Shown here in pieces: positions 27,613 through 35,367 of a stretch of DNA of 64,000 nucleotides. The stretch is from the IMG/VR virus record IMGVR_UViG_3300021256_000063, positions 64,001-128,000 of that record. One strand, written 5' to 3'. The position numbers and the translations under genes are program-made. Positions within the stretch are counted from its first letter, which is position 1, and each line of letters begins with the position of its first letter. The notes beneath the pieces are model-generated. The model was not told where the DNA came from and searched no databases. It worked only from the letters and a program-made list of their open reading frames with translations. The DNA comes from a virus. Lineage: Duplodnaviria; Heunggongvirae; Uroviricota; Caudoviricetes.

Positions 27613-28490
27613 TGGGTAGCGGAAGTTTTACAACAAGTAGTTTTACAAGTTATTCCAATAGTCGTGGACGTAGTGTAAGCAGTACTGGTTTTGTGACCAA
27701 TGATAGCCTGACAGATTATTATACTCAGCATTATATTCACAAAGATATGGTGCCTTATAATGTTACAAGAGAGTGCGTAGATTCTGAAGAACATCCCCAC
27801 ACAATTCCTGTAATTCTGGCGCTGGATTTGACCGGATCGATGGGCGGTGCTTGTGTAAAAACTGCGCAGTCCCTGAATAAAATTATGACAATGCTTTATG
27901 AGAAATTTACTGATATTGAATTCCTTGTAATGGGTGTTGGAGACCTTGAGTGTGACCGTGCGCCTGTTCAGGTGTCTCAGTTTGAATCTGATGTAAGGAT
28001 TGCAGAACATACTGATAAGCTTTATATGGAACATGGTGGTGGTGGAAATGGCTATGAATCCTATACCGCTGCTTGGTATTTTGGTCTGAGACATACAAAG
28101 CTTGATTGTTGGAAGCGTGGTAAAAAGGGCATTATTATTACTATGGGTGACGAGCCTCTTAATCCTATTCTATATAAACGCAATATCAGAGGCGTATTTG
28201 GAGATACACCAGAAGCAGACGTAAAGACGGAAGACTTGTACAAGATGGCAACTGAGAAGTTTGATATTTATCATATTGCCGTTGATGATCCTGAAGATAG
28301 CTATAGTTGGTATGATACTCGAATTAATTCAACATTCAGCCCTATTCTTGGAAACCGTCTGAAAGTATCTACAATTGAAAGACTTCCAATGACTATTGTT
28401 GATTGTATTGAAGATTCTGTGAATGGTGGTGCTCAGACAGAAGTAGTACAGAATAATGAAAAGAGCGAATCTGGTTATATTACATGGTGA
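27612..28490 (+). CDS. von Willebrand factor A (vWA) domain protein
   Basis: MIDAS-like ILALDLTGSM, GGGGNGYESY, ITMGDEP. Confidence 0.85.
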   Translation: MGSGSFTTSSFTSYSNSRGRSVSSTGFVTNDSLTDYYTQHYIHKDMVPYNVTRECVDSEEHPHTIPVILALDLTGSMGGACVKTAQSLNKIMTMLYEKFTDIEFLVMGVGDLECDRAPVQVSQFESDVRIAEHTDKLYMEHGGGGNGYESYTAAWYFGLRHTKLDCWKRGKKGIIITMGDEPLNPILYKRNIRGVFGDTPEADVKTEDLYKMATEKFDIYHIAVDDPEDSYSWYDTRINSTFSPILGNRLKVSTIERLPMTIVDCIEDSVNGGAQTEVVQNNEKSESGYITW

Positions 28491-28497
28491 TAATTAA

Positions 28498-29676
28498 ATG
28501 GATAAACAGCAGATTAAAATTATAGTAGGAGCACTTGCGGGTGATGAGGGCAAAGGTCTGGCTACAGATTATTTTGCTTCAAAAGCAGAGGGTCATATTC
28601 TTGGCGTCTTAACAAATGGATCTTCTCAAAGGGCGCATACAGTAGACACCTCTGATGGTAAACACCATGTGTTCAGTCATTTTAGTTCTGCTACATTTCG
28701 TGGGGCTGACACATATATTTCTAAATATTTTGTAGTCAACCCCATAAAATTTGTAGAAGAATACTTAGAATTACAGCGTAATTTTGGTATTTCACCTAAA
28801 GTATATATGCATCCCGATTGTAAGTTTGTTACGCCTTGGGATATGCTTTCTAATTTAGTTGAACTTAGAAAAACAGGAGAATTTAATAGCACAGGATGCG
28901 GATTTTGGAAAACTTTAGAAAGATATAATAATGATATATATTCTGTAAGTTTTCAGGATGCATGTAAACTAATTACTTTTTCTGAATCTTCATTTAAAGA
29001 TATAACGCAGTATTATAAAAAAGATTTAGATTCAATGCCATCATCTATTAATATGTCTGGTTTGGAGCGTCATTTTATTGATGATATGTTTTTCTTATTC
29101 CATCATGTTATTTGGATTGATGATGTGATTATTAATCAATATGAAAATGTCATCTTTGAAAATGGTCAAGGGTTAATGATTGGTGAACAGCAGCCAGAAA
29201 AAGACTGGAAATATTGCACACCTTCTAATACTGGTATTAAATATGCTGTTGAAATAATACGAAGTATAAATTTTTTAGATTTTAAGCAAAAAAAAGTTGA
29301 AATCTGTTATGTTTCAAGGACTTATATGACTAGGCATGGTCAGGGTAACATCCCAAATTTGTGTCAAAAACAAGACATAAATCCAGAAATGAATGATCGG
29401 ACTAATGTTTTTAATATTTGTCAAGGACATTTAAGATATGGTTTATTACCAGTGCAAGAAATGTTAAACAATTTTTATCGTGAGGTGGTAATTTCAACTG
29501 ATTTACATTTTAGTGGTATTGGCACAGATAATATAACATTCTCTTTAATGCTTACACATTGGAATGAATATCATGACAATAATGTCGAAACATTGTTTGA
29601 AAGATTTGAGAAAGTATATATTTCAGACAATAAAACAGCAGAGTCAGTAAAACTGAAAGAAGAGGTAATTAAATGA
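28498..29676 (+). CDS. atypical adenylosuccinate-synthetase (PurA)-like ligase
   Basis: GDEGKG, AHTV, STGCG, FENGQG, TPSNTG, RTYMTRHG; aspartate-binding loop divergent (TNVFNICQGHLRYG). Confidence 0.85.
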   Translation: MDKQQIKIIVGALAGDEGKGLATDYFASKAEGHILGVLTNGSSQRAHTVDTSDGKHHVFSHFSSATFRGADTYISKYFVVNPIKFVEEYLELQRNFGISPKVYMHPDCKFVTPWDMLSNLVELRKTGEFNSTGCGFWKTLERYNNDIYSVSFQDACKLITFSESSFKDITQYYKKDLDSMPSSINMSGLERHFIDDMFFLFHHVIWIDDVIINQYENVIFENGQGLMIGEQQPEKDWKYCTPSNTGIKYAVEIIRSINFLDFKQKKVEICYVSRTYMTRHGQGNIPNLCQKQDINPEMNDRTNVFNICQGHLRYGLLPVQEMLNNFYREVVISTDLHFSGIGTDNITFSLMLTHWNEYHDNNVETLFERFEKVYISDNKTAESVKLKEEVIK

Positions 29677-30041
29677 ACGAGAATAAACCTGTTTGGAAAG
29701 TGTATCGAGAAAATTATAATCAGAAATGTATCGAAGAATATAACATTTTCGATCACAATGAATTTTGGGATATGTGTCAGATTCATTGGATGAATGCACA
29801 TGACCAAGCCCCTAATAATGTAGAAGAACAGATTGAACGATTTAATGAATCTATTATTATTGAATTGCATTACTATTTCTGGAACAAATGTGAGTGGGAG
29901 ATTGAGTTGACATCGCTGTTTCCTAAGGATTTTAAGAATGAGAAAATTAGTGTATATTCTCAGGTCGCACTTAATATAAACGTATTTTTAACGTATCTTT
30001 GGAATTGGTTTACAAGAAAGGAATTGGAGAAGAATGGTTGA
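29673..30041 (+). CDS. hypothetical protein
   Basis: 122 aa, GAGGT SD, overlaps PurA-like stop. Confidence 0.7.
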   Translation: MNENKPVWKVYRENYNQKCIEEYNIFDHNEFWDMCQIHWMNAHDQAPNNVEEQIERFNESIIIELHYYFWNKCEWEIELTSLFPKDFKNEKISVYSQVALNINVFLTYLWNWFTRKELEKNG

Positions 30042-30810
30042 ATATAAGGTATACTTAACCACAAAAGTTAATCCAGCTAAGCTTGAGGCTAAAAAGGTTA
30101 ACCCACGACCAATTATTGTCATTGAACCTGAAGACTATACAGCTGAAGAAGTACAAGTTATTCGTAAGAAAGGCTACCGTGTACTAGCTTACCTGTCTTT
30201 GGGCACAAATGAGAAAAAGCGCAACTGGTATAATACATATAAGAAATATAATCTTAGTCGGCTTGAGGACTGGCCTGATGAATACTACGTGGATGTGCGT
30301 AGGGGTGCATGGCAAGAGCATTTGGTAACTCAGGCTAAGAAATATAAAGAAATGGGCTTTGATGGCTATTGGCTTGATAATCTGGATGTATATGAATATC
30401 ATAAGTCAAAGGCCATGTATGGTGCATGCTTGGGTGCTATTCAGAAGGTGAAAGCCGTTGGCGGTTATGTCATGATTAATGGCGGTTCTGAATTCTTTGA
30501 TTATTTTATGGATCACGACCCTAAACATCTTGGTATTGATGCGGTCAATGGTGTAACTCAGGAAGAAGTCTACTCCTTGATTAAAGATTATTCTAAGCGT
30601 GATAAAGATGGAAAAAAGGGTGTTTTTGGAGAGCAGACTAAGGATATGCATAAATGGTACAAGTCTTACATGAGACGCCTGAAAAGGCACAAATTTGATA
30701 CTTATTTGCTGGAATATACACGTTCTAGTAATTTAAAGAAGAGAATTAAAAATTATTGTGAAACAAATAAAATGACAGGTTATTATATCTCAGAAGATGT
30801 AGACCTGTAA
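30034..30810 (+). CDS. glycoside hydrolase family 114-like (endo-alpha-1,4-polygalactosaminidase/PelA-type)
   Basis: LAYLSLGTNE..R.W, WPDEYYVDVR, GFDGYWLDNLDVY, MINGG, QEE, LLEY. Confidence 0.8.
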   Translation: MVEYKVYLTTKVNPAKLEAKKVNPRPIIVIEPEDYTAEEVQVIRKKGYRVLAYLSLGTNEKKRNWYNTYKKYNLSRLEDWPDEYYVDVRRGAWQEHLVTQAKKYKEMGFDGYWLDNLDVYEYHKSKAMYGACLGAIQKVKAVGGYVMINGGSEFFDYFMDHDPKHLGIDAVNGVTQEEVYSLIKDYSKRDKDGKKGVFGEQTKDMHKWYKSYMRRLKRHKFDTYLLEYTRSSNLKKRIKNYCETNKMTGYYISEDVDL

Positions 30811-30878
30811 TTAGGAAATTTATATGACAAGATTGGAATTAGTAATTGCCGTATCAGATGTGTTATTAAGGGTGAGAT

Positions 30879-31244
30879 ATGATTATTGTCACAGATTATT
30901 GTAAACAAAATTATAAGCAACTGGGCTTCACATATGATAAGGACAGAGAATGCTGGAGATACAGCTTCCCTGTGCATTTCTGGGAAGACCATCCAGTGCT
31001 GTTTTGTAGAGTGTATTTAAGCAACGATTTAACCCGTGCCTCTTATGATGTAATGGATACATTCAATAATTTGTATACCCCGTTTTATGGTTATGAATAT
31101 GGGAGATATGGTGACTTTATTAAAAAGGCGAAAAATAAAATCCGTTACAGATTTAAGACATTGGGAATTGTAGAGAAGAAGGAGAAGAAGAAAAATGGAC
31201 ATCGGAAAAGTAGTAAAAGTAAAGTATCACGTAAACGGTCTTGA
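30879..31244 (+). CDS. hypothetical protein
   Basis: 121 aa, GGGTGAG SD. Confidence 0.65.
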   Translation: MIIVTDYCKQNYKQLGFTYDKDRECWRYSFPVHFWEDHPVLFCRVYLSNDLTRASYDVMDTFNNLYTPFYGYEYGRYGDFIKKAKNKIRYRFKTLGIVEKKEKKKNGHRKSSKSKVSRKRS

Positions 31245-31635
31245 GCCAATTTCTCAGGCGCATAGTGGAGAATGGTGCGACCTTAGATGTGCTGAAGATG
31301 TGGAACTGAAGAAGGGTGATTTTAAATACATCGATCTTGGTGTGTCGATTGCGCTTCCAGCAGGATATGAAGCGATTCTGGCACCAAGAAGTAGTACGTT
31401 TAAGAGGTACGGTATTATTCAGACAAATTCATTCGGTGTTATTGATAACGGTTACTCCTCAGATCAGGACAGGTGGATGATGCCTGTATACGCTACTCGT
31501 GATACAATTATTCATAAGAATGACAGAATCTGTCAGTTTAGAATTCAGGAAGGTCAGTTGCCTCTCAACATCATTCCAGTAAACACACTTGGAAATAATG
31601 CAAGAGGTGGTCTTGGCTCAACAGGAGTTAATTAA
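31195..31635 (+). CDS. dut: trimeric dUTPase
   Basis: DLR, APRSS, GVIDNGY, DRICQ, RGGLGSTG motifs. Confidence 0.92.
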   Translation: MDIGKVVKVKYHVNGLEPISQAHSGEWCDLRCAEDVELKKGDFKYIDLGVSIALPAGYEAILAPRSSTFKRYGIIQTNSFGVIDNGYSSDQDRWMMPVYATRDTIIHKNDRICQFRIQEGQLPLNIIPVNTLGNNARGGLGSTGVN

Positions 31636-31637
31636 TC

Positions 31638-32651
31638 ATGAGTGATAATAAAATATTTTCTGTAATCATTCCTGTATACAATGGTGAACGCACTATTGCC
31701 AGAGTACTTGCGTCACTCATTAGTAGTCGTGATTATATTTATGAGGTTATTATAGTCGATGATCACAGTGAAGATAATACACTTGACCTAATAGATGATT
31801 TTAATTCGTTTTTCCCAATTAAAGTAATGAGTAGTGACGGTTACCATAATCCTAGTGTAGCAAGAAAGACAGGGTTGCTGGTTGCTTCTGGGGAGTGGGT
31901 GACATTTGTTGATGCAGATGATTGCCTAACACCATCAAGTCTTAGATATGTGAAAGAACAGATTGATAATTACGATGAGAGTCTGGTACTTCTACATACA
32001 CAGACTATTTATTATGAATCTGGCAACTTTGTAGCACAGAATGTTGGACACGCTGATAACTCATGTGGGGGCAATTTTTATAAGCGTGAATTTTTAATTG
32101 GATATGACCTGTATCCACATGATGTTCTACGCATGGCTGAAGATGAATATTTCAATACCAAAATCACACGATTCATTGAATATATTGCTCCTGACTTTAC
32201 TGTTGAGCATTATGATTATCCAGTATATGAAGTACATCATGATATTGAAGATGGTAAGTCATATGCTATGTCTAATTGGGTAGAATATCTTATTAAATAT
32301 CATCTGTTGTGTCAGATATATTTGACTCAGGATTTGATAGTATATGACAATGAAGAATTAAATCAGAGACTGAAAGAAGATTATTTGAATGCCGTATTAT
32401 TTGGATATATGTTGCTACAGGCATTGATTGTAGATCAGACCGAAGAATTGGATGTAGGCGCACAAAAGAGGTATTTCCGAAAAGCTGTTCAGTTCTACTG
32501 TTTGAAGTTCGGTGGTACTAAAGATGATTTTATTAATCATTATAATGAAGATGCTGAACGAGTACAGATGTATCATGAAGGCGCTGTCGGAAGTGCTGGT
32601 GTGGAATTTGAGAACAGCGAATTATATGAAGATTTTATAGGGGGATTATGA
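31638..32651 (+). CDS. glycosyltransferase family 2 (GT-A)
   Basis: SVIIPVYN, IIVDDHSEDNT, FVDADD. Confidence 0.88.
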   Translation: MSDNKIFSVIIPVYNGERTIARVLASLISSRDYIYEVIIVDDHSEDNTLDLIDDFNSFFPIKVMSSDGYHNPSVARKTGLLVASGEWVTFVDADDCLTPSSLRYVKEQIDNYDESLVLLHTQTIYYESGNFVAQNVGHADNSCGGNFYKREFLIGYDLYPHDVLRMAEDEYFNTKITRFIEYIAPDFTVEHYDYPVYEVHHDIEDGKSYAMSNWVEYLIKYHLLCQIYLTQDLIVYDNEELNQRLKEDYLNAVLFGYMLLQALIVDQTEELDVGAQKRYFRKAVQFYCLKFGGTKDDFINHYNEDAERVQMYHEGAVGSAGVEFENSELYEDFIGGL

Positions 32652-32722
32652 TTGTATTAAATATGGTACAATATGAAAATAACCCGATATCCAATCGCTC
32701 CTTTCTCTATATATTATAATAG

Positions 32723-32903
32723 TGATTACACATTTGATTACTTTGTAATCAGGCTAAAAAAAGAGGAAGTCCCGAATCCCTGATAAATACTGGGGTTTGG
32801 ACTTCCTCTGGAGAGCTGGCAACGAGAATCGAACTTCGTGAAAACTCTCAAACCCTTGTATTTATTAGGATTCTTATGATTACATCTGATAAAAATGTAA
32901 TCA
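32723..32903. other. putative attP: tRNA-Gly-like 3' fragment (32814-32835, minus strand) with TGATTAC/GTAATCA arm repeats
   Basis: Minus strand reads AGTTCGATTCTCGT-TGCCAGC-T; TGATTAC at 32723, 32735, 32877 and GTAATCA at 32745, 32897; abuts integrase 3' end. Confidence 0.7.
32756..32809. terminator. intrinsic terminator hairpin between convergent arms
   Basis: AGAGGAAGTCC...GGACTTCCTCT stem with A7 run (U-tract on minus strand). Confidence 0.75.
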
Positions 32904-32906
32904 AAA

Positions 32907-34115
32907 TCAACAAAATTCAGGTATCGCATCAAGTATTTGTTGTTTTCTATCAAAACTTTTCCTATTCCGGTGATAGTTATTTTCAGATACTTTGATTTCC
33001 GAATGCCCCATTTGATCCTTGACCATACGTCTATCTACATTTGCATCAAGCAGAATAGAGTCGTATGTGGCACGAATCTTATGGGGCGATTTTTTGTATA
33101 CGCCTGTTTGATTACATACATAATACTCTCTTTTACGAAGATGGTATGTGGTCAGGCGTTTATCATTCTCTTTAAAGATATAATCTCCCTCAGAAGAACT
33201 GGCATATAAATTTCTAACAAGCCACTGATAACTGGTAGGCACCACAATTTCCCTGACACCCGCCTGAGTTTTAGGATAATCTTTTATGCCGTATACTGTA
33301 GAACCATTCTCCATATAACGTGTCTCTGTGCGTCTGATTTTGACGGTTCCAGTTTCAGGATTTAAATCTTCATGTTTCAGCGCAGCCAGTTCACCGATCC
33401 TAACACCAGTCACAAACATTAAAAGGATTCCTGCATTCTTAATATCACAGTGTTCTTTTAAATAATTCAGCATGAGCGCCGTTTCATGCTCATCAAACAC
33501 TACTTCATAGTCTTCTTTAATTGTTTTGTGGAACTCTTTGTCTGAAACATCTAAATCCGCAAATAGTAACTCAGGGCTAAATGAGATATAGCCTTTTCTT
33601 TTTGCTCGTTTTAAAATGCCTCGCATAATTGTCTTTAGACTGGCAAATGATTTGGCTGAGAGATTGTGTTCTGGAATCTGTCTTTCCAGAAATTCAATGA
33701 TTTCTAATTCAGTGACAGTTTTGATTTTCTTCTTGCCGAATTCTTTGAAGTGTTGATTAAATGTCTGTTTCATTCTGGTATGAGATGATTTAGCGATTTT
33801 CTTTAAATCACGCCTGTAATCATTCCACTCATTGAATACTTCCTCAATAGTAGGATTATCCATCTGTTCTTTCTGGTAAGCAACGATTACATTCTCAATC
33901 CCAGCTTTTGTACTCTTCCTCTTTAAGACCCTCCCTTTCTCTTTGTCTGGCAGATATACATACCAACTTCCATTCTTCCCTTGCCATGCTTTGTAAGGGT
34001 GTTTTTCTACTAACTCTTTTTTCTTCTCCATCTCTATAATAGATTGGATATCGGGTAAGTCTATTATGCCACGGGTTACGAGAAAATTCAAATCTTCATT
34101 AGTTAATCTATTCAT
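32907..34115 (-). CDS. int: tyrosine integrase
   Basis: TGVRIGEL (R), PKT (K), HKIR (HxxR), MGH, NNY (Y); SAM-like middle domain. Confidence 0.93.
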   Translation of the reverse strand: MNRLTNEDLNFLVTRGIIDLPDIQSIIEMEKKKELVEKHPYKAWQGKNGSWYVYLPDKEKGRVLKRKSTKAGIENVIVAYQKEQMDNPTIEEVFNEWNDYRRDLKKIAKSSHTRMKQTFNQHFKEFGKKKIKTVTELEIIEFLERQIPEHNLSAKSFASLKTIMRGILKRAKRKGYISFSPELLFADLDVSDKEFHKTIKEDYEVVFDEHETALMLNYLKEHCDIKNAGILLMFVTGVRIGELAALKHEDLNPETGTVKIRRTETRYMENGSTVYGIKDYPKTQAGVREIVVPTSYQWLVRNLYASSSEGDYIFKENDKRLTTYHLRKREYYVCNQTGVYKKSPHKIRATYDSILLDANVDRRMVKDQMGHSEIKVSENNYHRNRKSFDRKQQILDAIPEFC

Positions 34116-34162
34116 ATCTATATACTCCTTGTATTTCCCAAAATAAATGCGTTTTTCGCACT

Positions 34163-34198
34163 AAAAAAAGGGTGCTCCCCTTAGATAGAGGAACACCC
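34163..34198 (-). terminator. intrinsic terminator ending the lysis/tail operon
   Basis: Minus strand GGGTGTTCC...GGAGCACCC followed by T7. Confidence 0.8.
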
Positions 34199-34246
34199 AT
34201 GAAGCGTGTCAGAATCAAAAATATCTTCGATTTTCCTATTTAATTT

Positions 34247-34525
34247 TTACTTAGTAAGCTTGCTGAGCAGGTCACTTGCATAGTTAGAACCACGACTAAT
34301 AATGATACCAGTTATCGCTGTACCGATAATTGGATGCACAGTGAACCCAGATGCAAATGCGTTGATGCCGAATGCAAAACTCATAGCAATGCCCAGTACA
34401 ATACTGGCAAGCTGAGTCCTAAATGTCTTATAATCTTTACTATCAAAGCTGTCGATAACAGTCTTTGCATATTCAATAAGTGCTTCTGTAAGAATTGCGA
34501 TTGCGATAATACTAACTAAATCCAT
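34247..34525 (-). CDS. holin
   Basis: 92 aa, multiple TM segments, GIIISRGSNYASDLL holin-type motif. Confidence 0.8.
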   Translation of the reverse strand: MDLVSIIAIAILTEALIEYAKTVIDSFDSKDYKTFRTQLASIVLGIAMSFAFGINAFASGFTVHPIIGTAITGIIISRGSNYASDLLSKLTK

Positions 34526-34536
34526 TTTACTTCCTC

Positions 34537-35043
34537 CTATTGACTAATATAATGTTCTTCAGTTGCGAAGTCAGCGTTAATTAAATGCTCTTCATATTTT
34601 GCTCTGATTGCGTGGATTGTAGAGTTGATGACACCGTTTTCAATATTATTTTCTTTAACAAATTTTTCATACTCGTCACATGCTCTAATAGCATTTTCAA
34701 ACGATTCTTTTGTGTGGCGTTGACCATTGACGCCTTCTTCAACAAATTCAATCAGATACTTACGCTGTTTCTTCAACTTCTCATATTTATTATCTTCTAC
34801 TTGTTCGTTAAACCGCTTCTCCAAATTGTCAACCCTGTTACTCATTCCTTCTATTTTCTTATTCATGCCTGAATTAAATCTCTCTCCGATCCATCCAAGC
34901 ATTACATCCCATGGATTGATTTTAATAGGAGATATCTGTACAAATGTACAGAGTATGACACCAATAAAAATAATAGAAGAACTAAGATTTTCAAACGGAT
35001 GAAGTTGATGAAGAATTTGTTCAATTAATTCATTCAAGCCCAT
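34537..35043 (-). CDS. membrane-anchored coiled-coil protein (lysis-associated)
   Basis: N-terminal TM, QISPIKINPW motif, coiled coil; start ATG 35043 after GAGGTG. Confidence 0.65.
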   Translation of the reverse strand: MGLNELIEQILHQLHPFENLSSSIIFIGVILCTFVQISPIKINPWDVMLGWIGERFNSGMNKKIEGMSNRVDNLEKRFNEQVEDNKYEKLKKQRKYLIEFVEEGVNGQRHTKESFENAIRACDEYEKFVKENNIENGVINSTIHAIRAKYEEHLINADFATEEHYISQ

Positions 35044-35107
35044 TGTGATCACCTCATTTCAATTAAAACGTTACTAATAATCTAGTTCTTCTTTTTATAT
35101 CCTATAT

Positions 35108-35365
35108 TCAGTTATTGCCGTCTTCTGTATCCTTATGTTCAACTTCATGCTTATAACTCTGATGCATAATCGGAAAACCATCAGCTGTAAACATAATAGC
35201 CGCATGACTAGGAAGCTCACTAATAGCGGCTGCTGCCAGCACCTGATAATAAATAGACTCGCCTTTTAGACGAGCCTTATCAGGATTTTCATCATAAGCA
35301 TAATGTACAAGGTGACCATATTCACCATTTTCATACTGTTGAATTTCTATAATATAATATTGCAT
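35108..35365 (-). CDS. small tail-associated protein (paralog of 39423-39689)
   Basis: Shared YDEN..A.LKGE..Y..L..AA.S....HAAI.F motif. Confidence 0.7.
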   Translation of the reverse strand: MQYYIIEIQQYENGEYGHLVHYAYDENPDKARLKGESIYYQVLAAAAISELPSHAAIMFTADGFPIMHQSYKHEVEHKDTEDGNN

Positions 35366-35367
35366 AA

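Noticed and set aside
26204-31635. Z-genome (PurZ + DatZ-like HD + MazZ/dUTPase) cluster
   Set aside because: The PurA-like protein keeps Asp in GDEGKG, whereas PurZ has Ser. The dUTPase is an ordinary trimeric type and the genes are not contiguous. Modified-base chemistry remains possible, but not canonical dZ.
32630-32705. Minus-strand SD (AAAGGAG) with a possible 19-aa TTG-start peptide near attP
   Set aside because: Very short, overlaps the GT2 3' end, and no convincing -35 element; not supportable without expression data.
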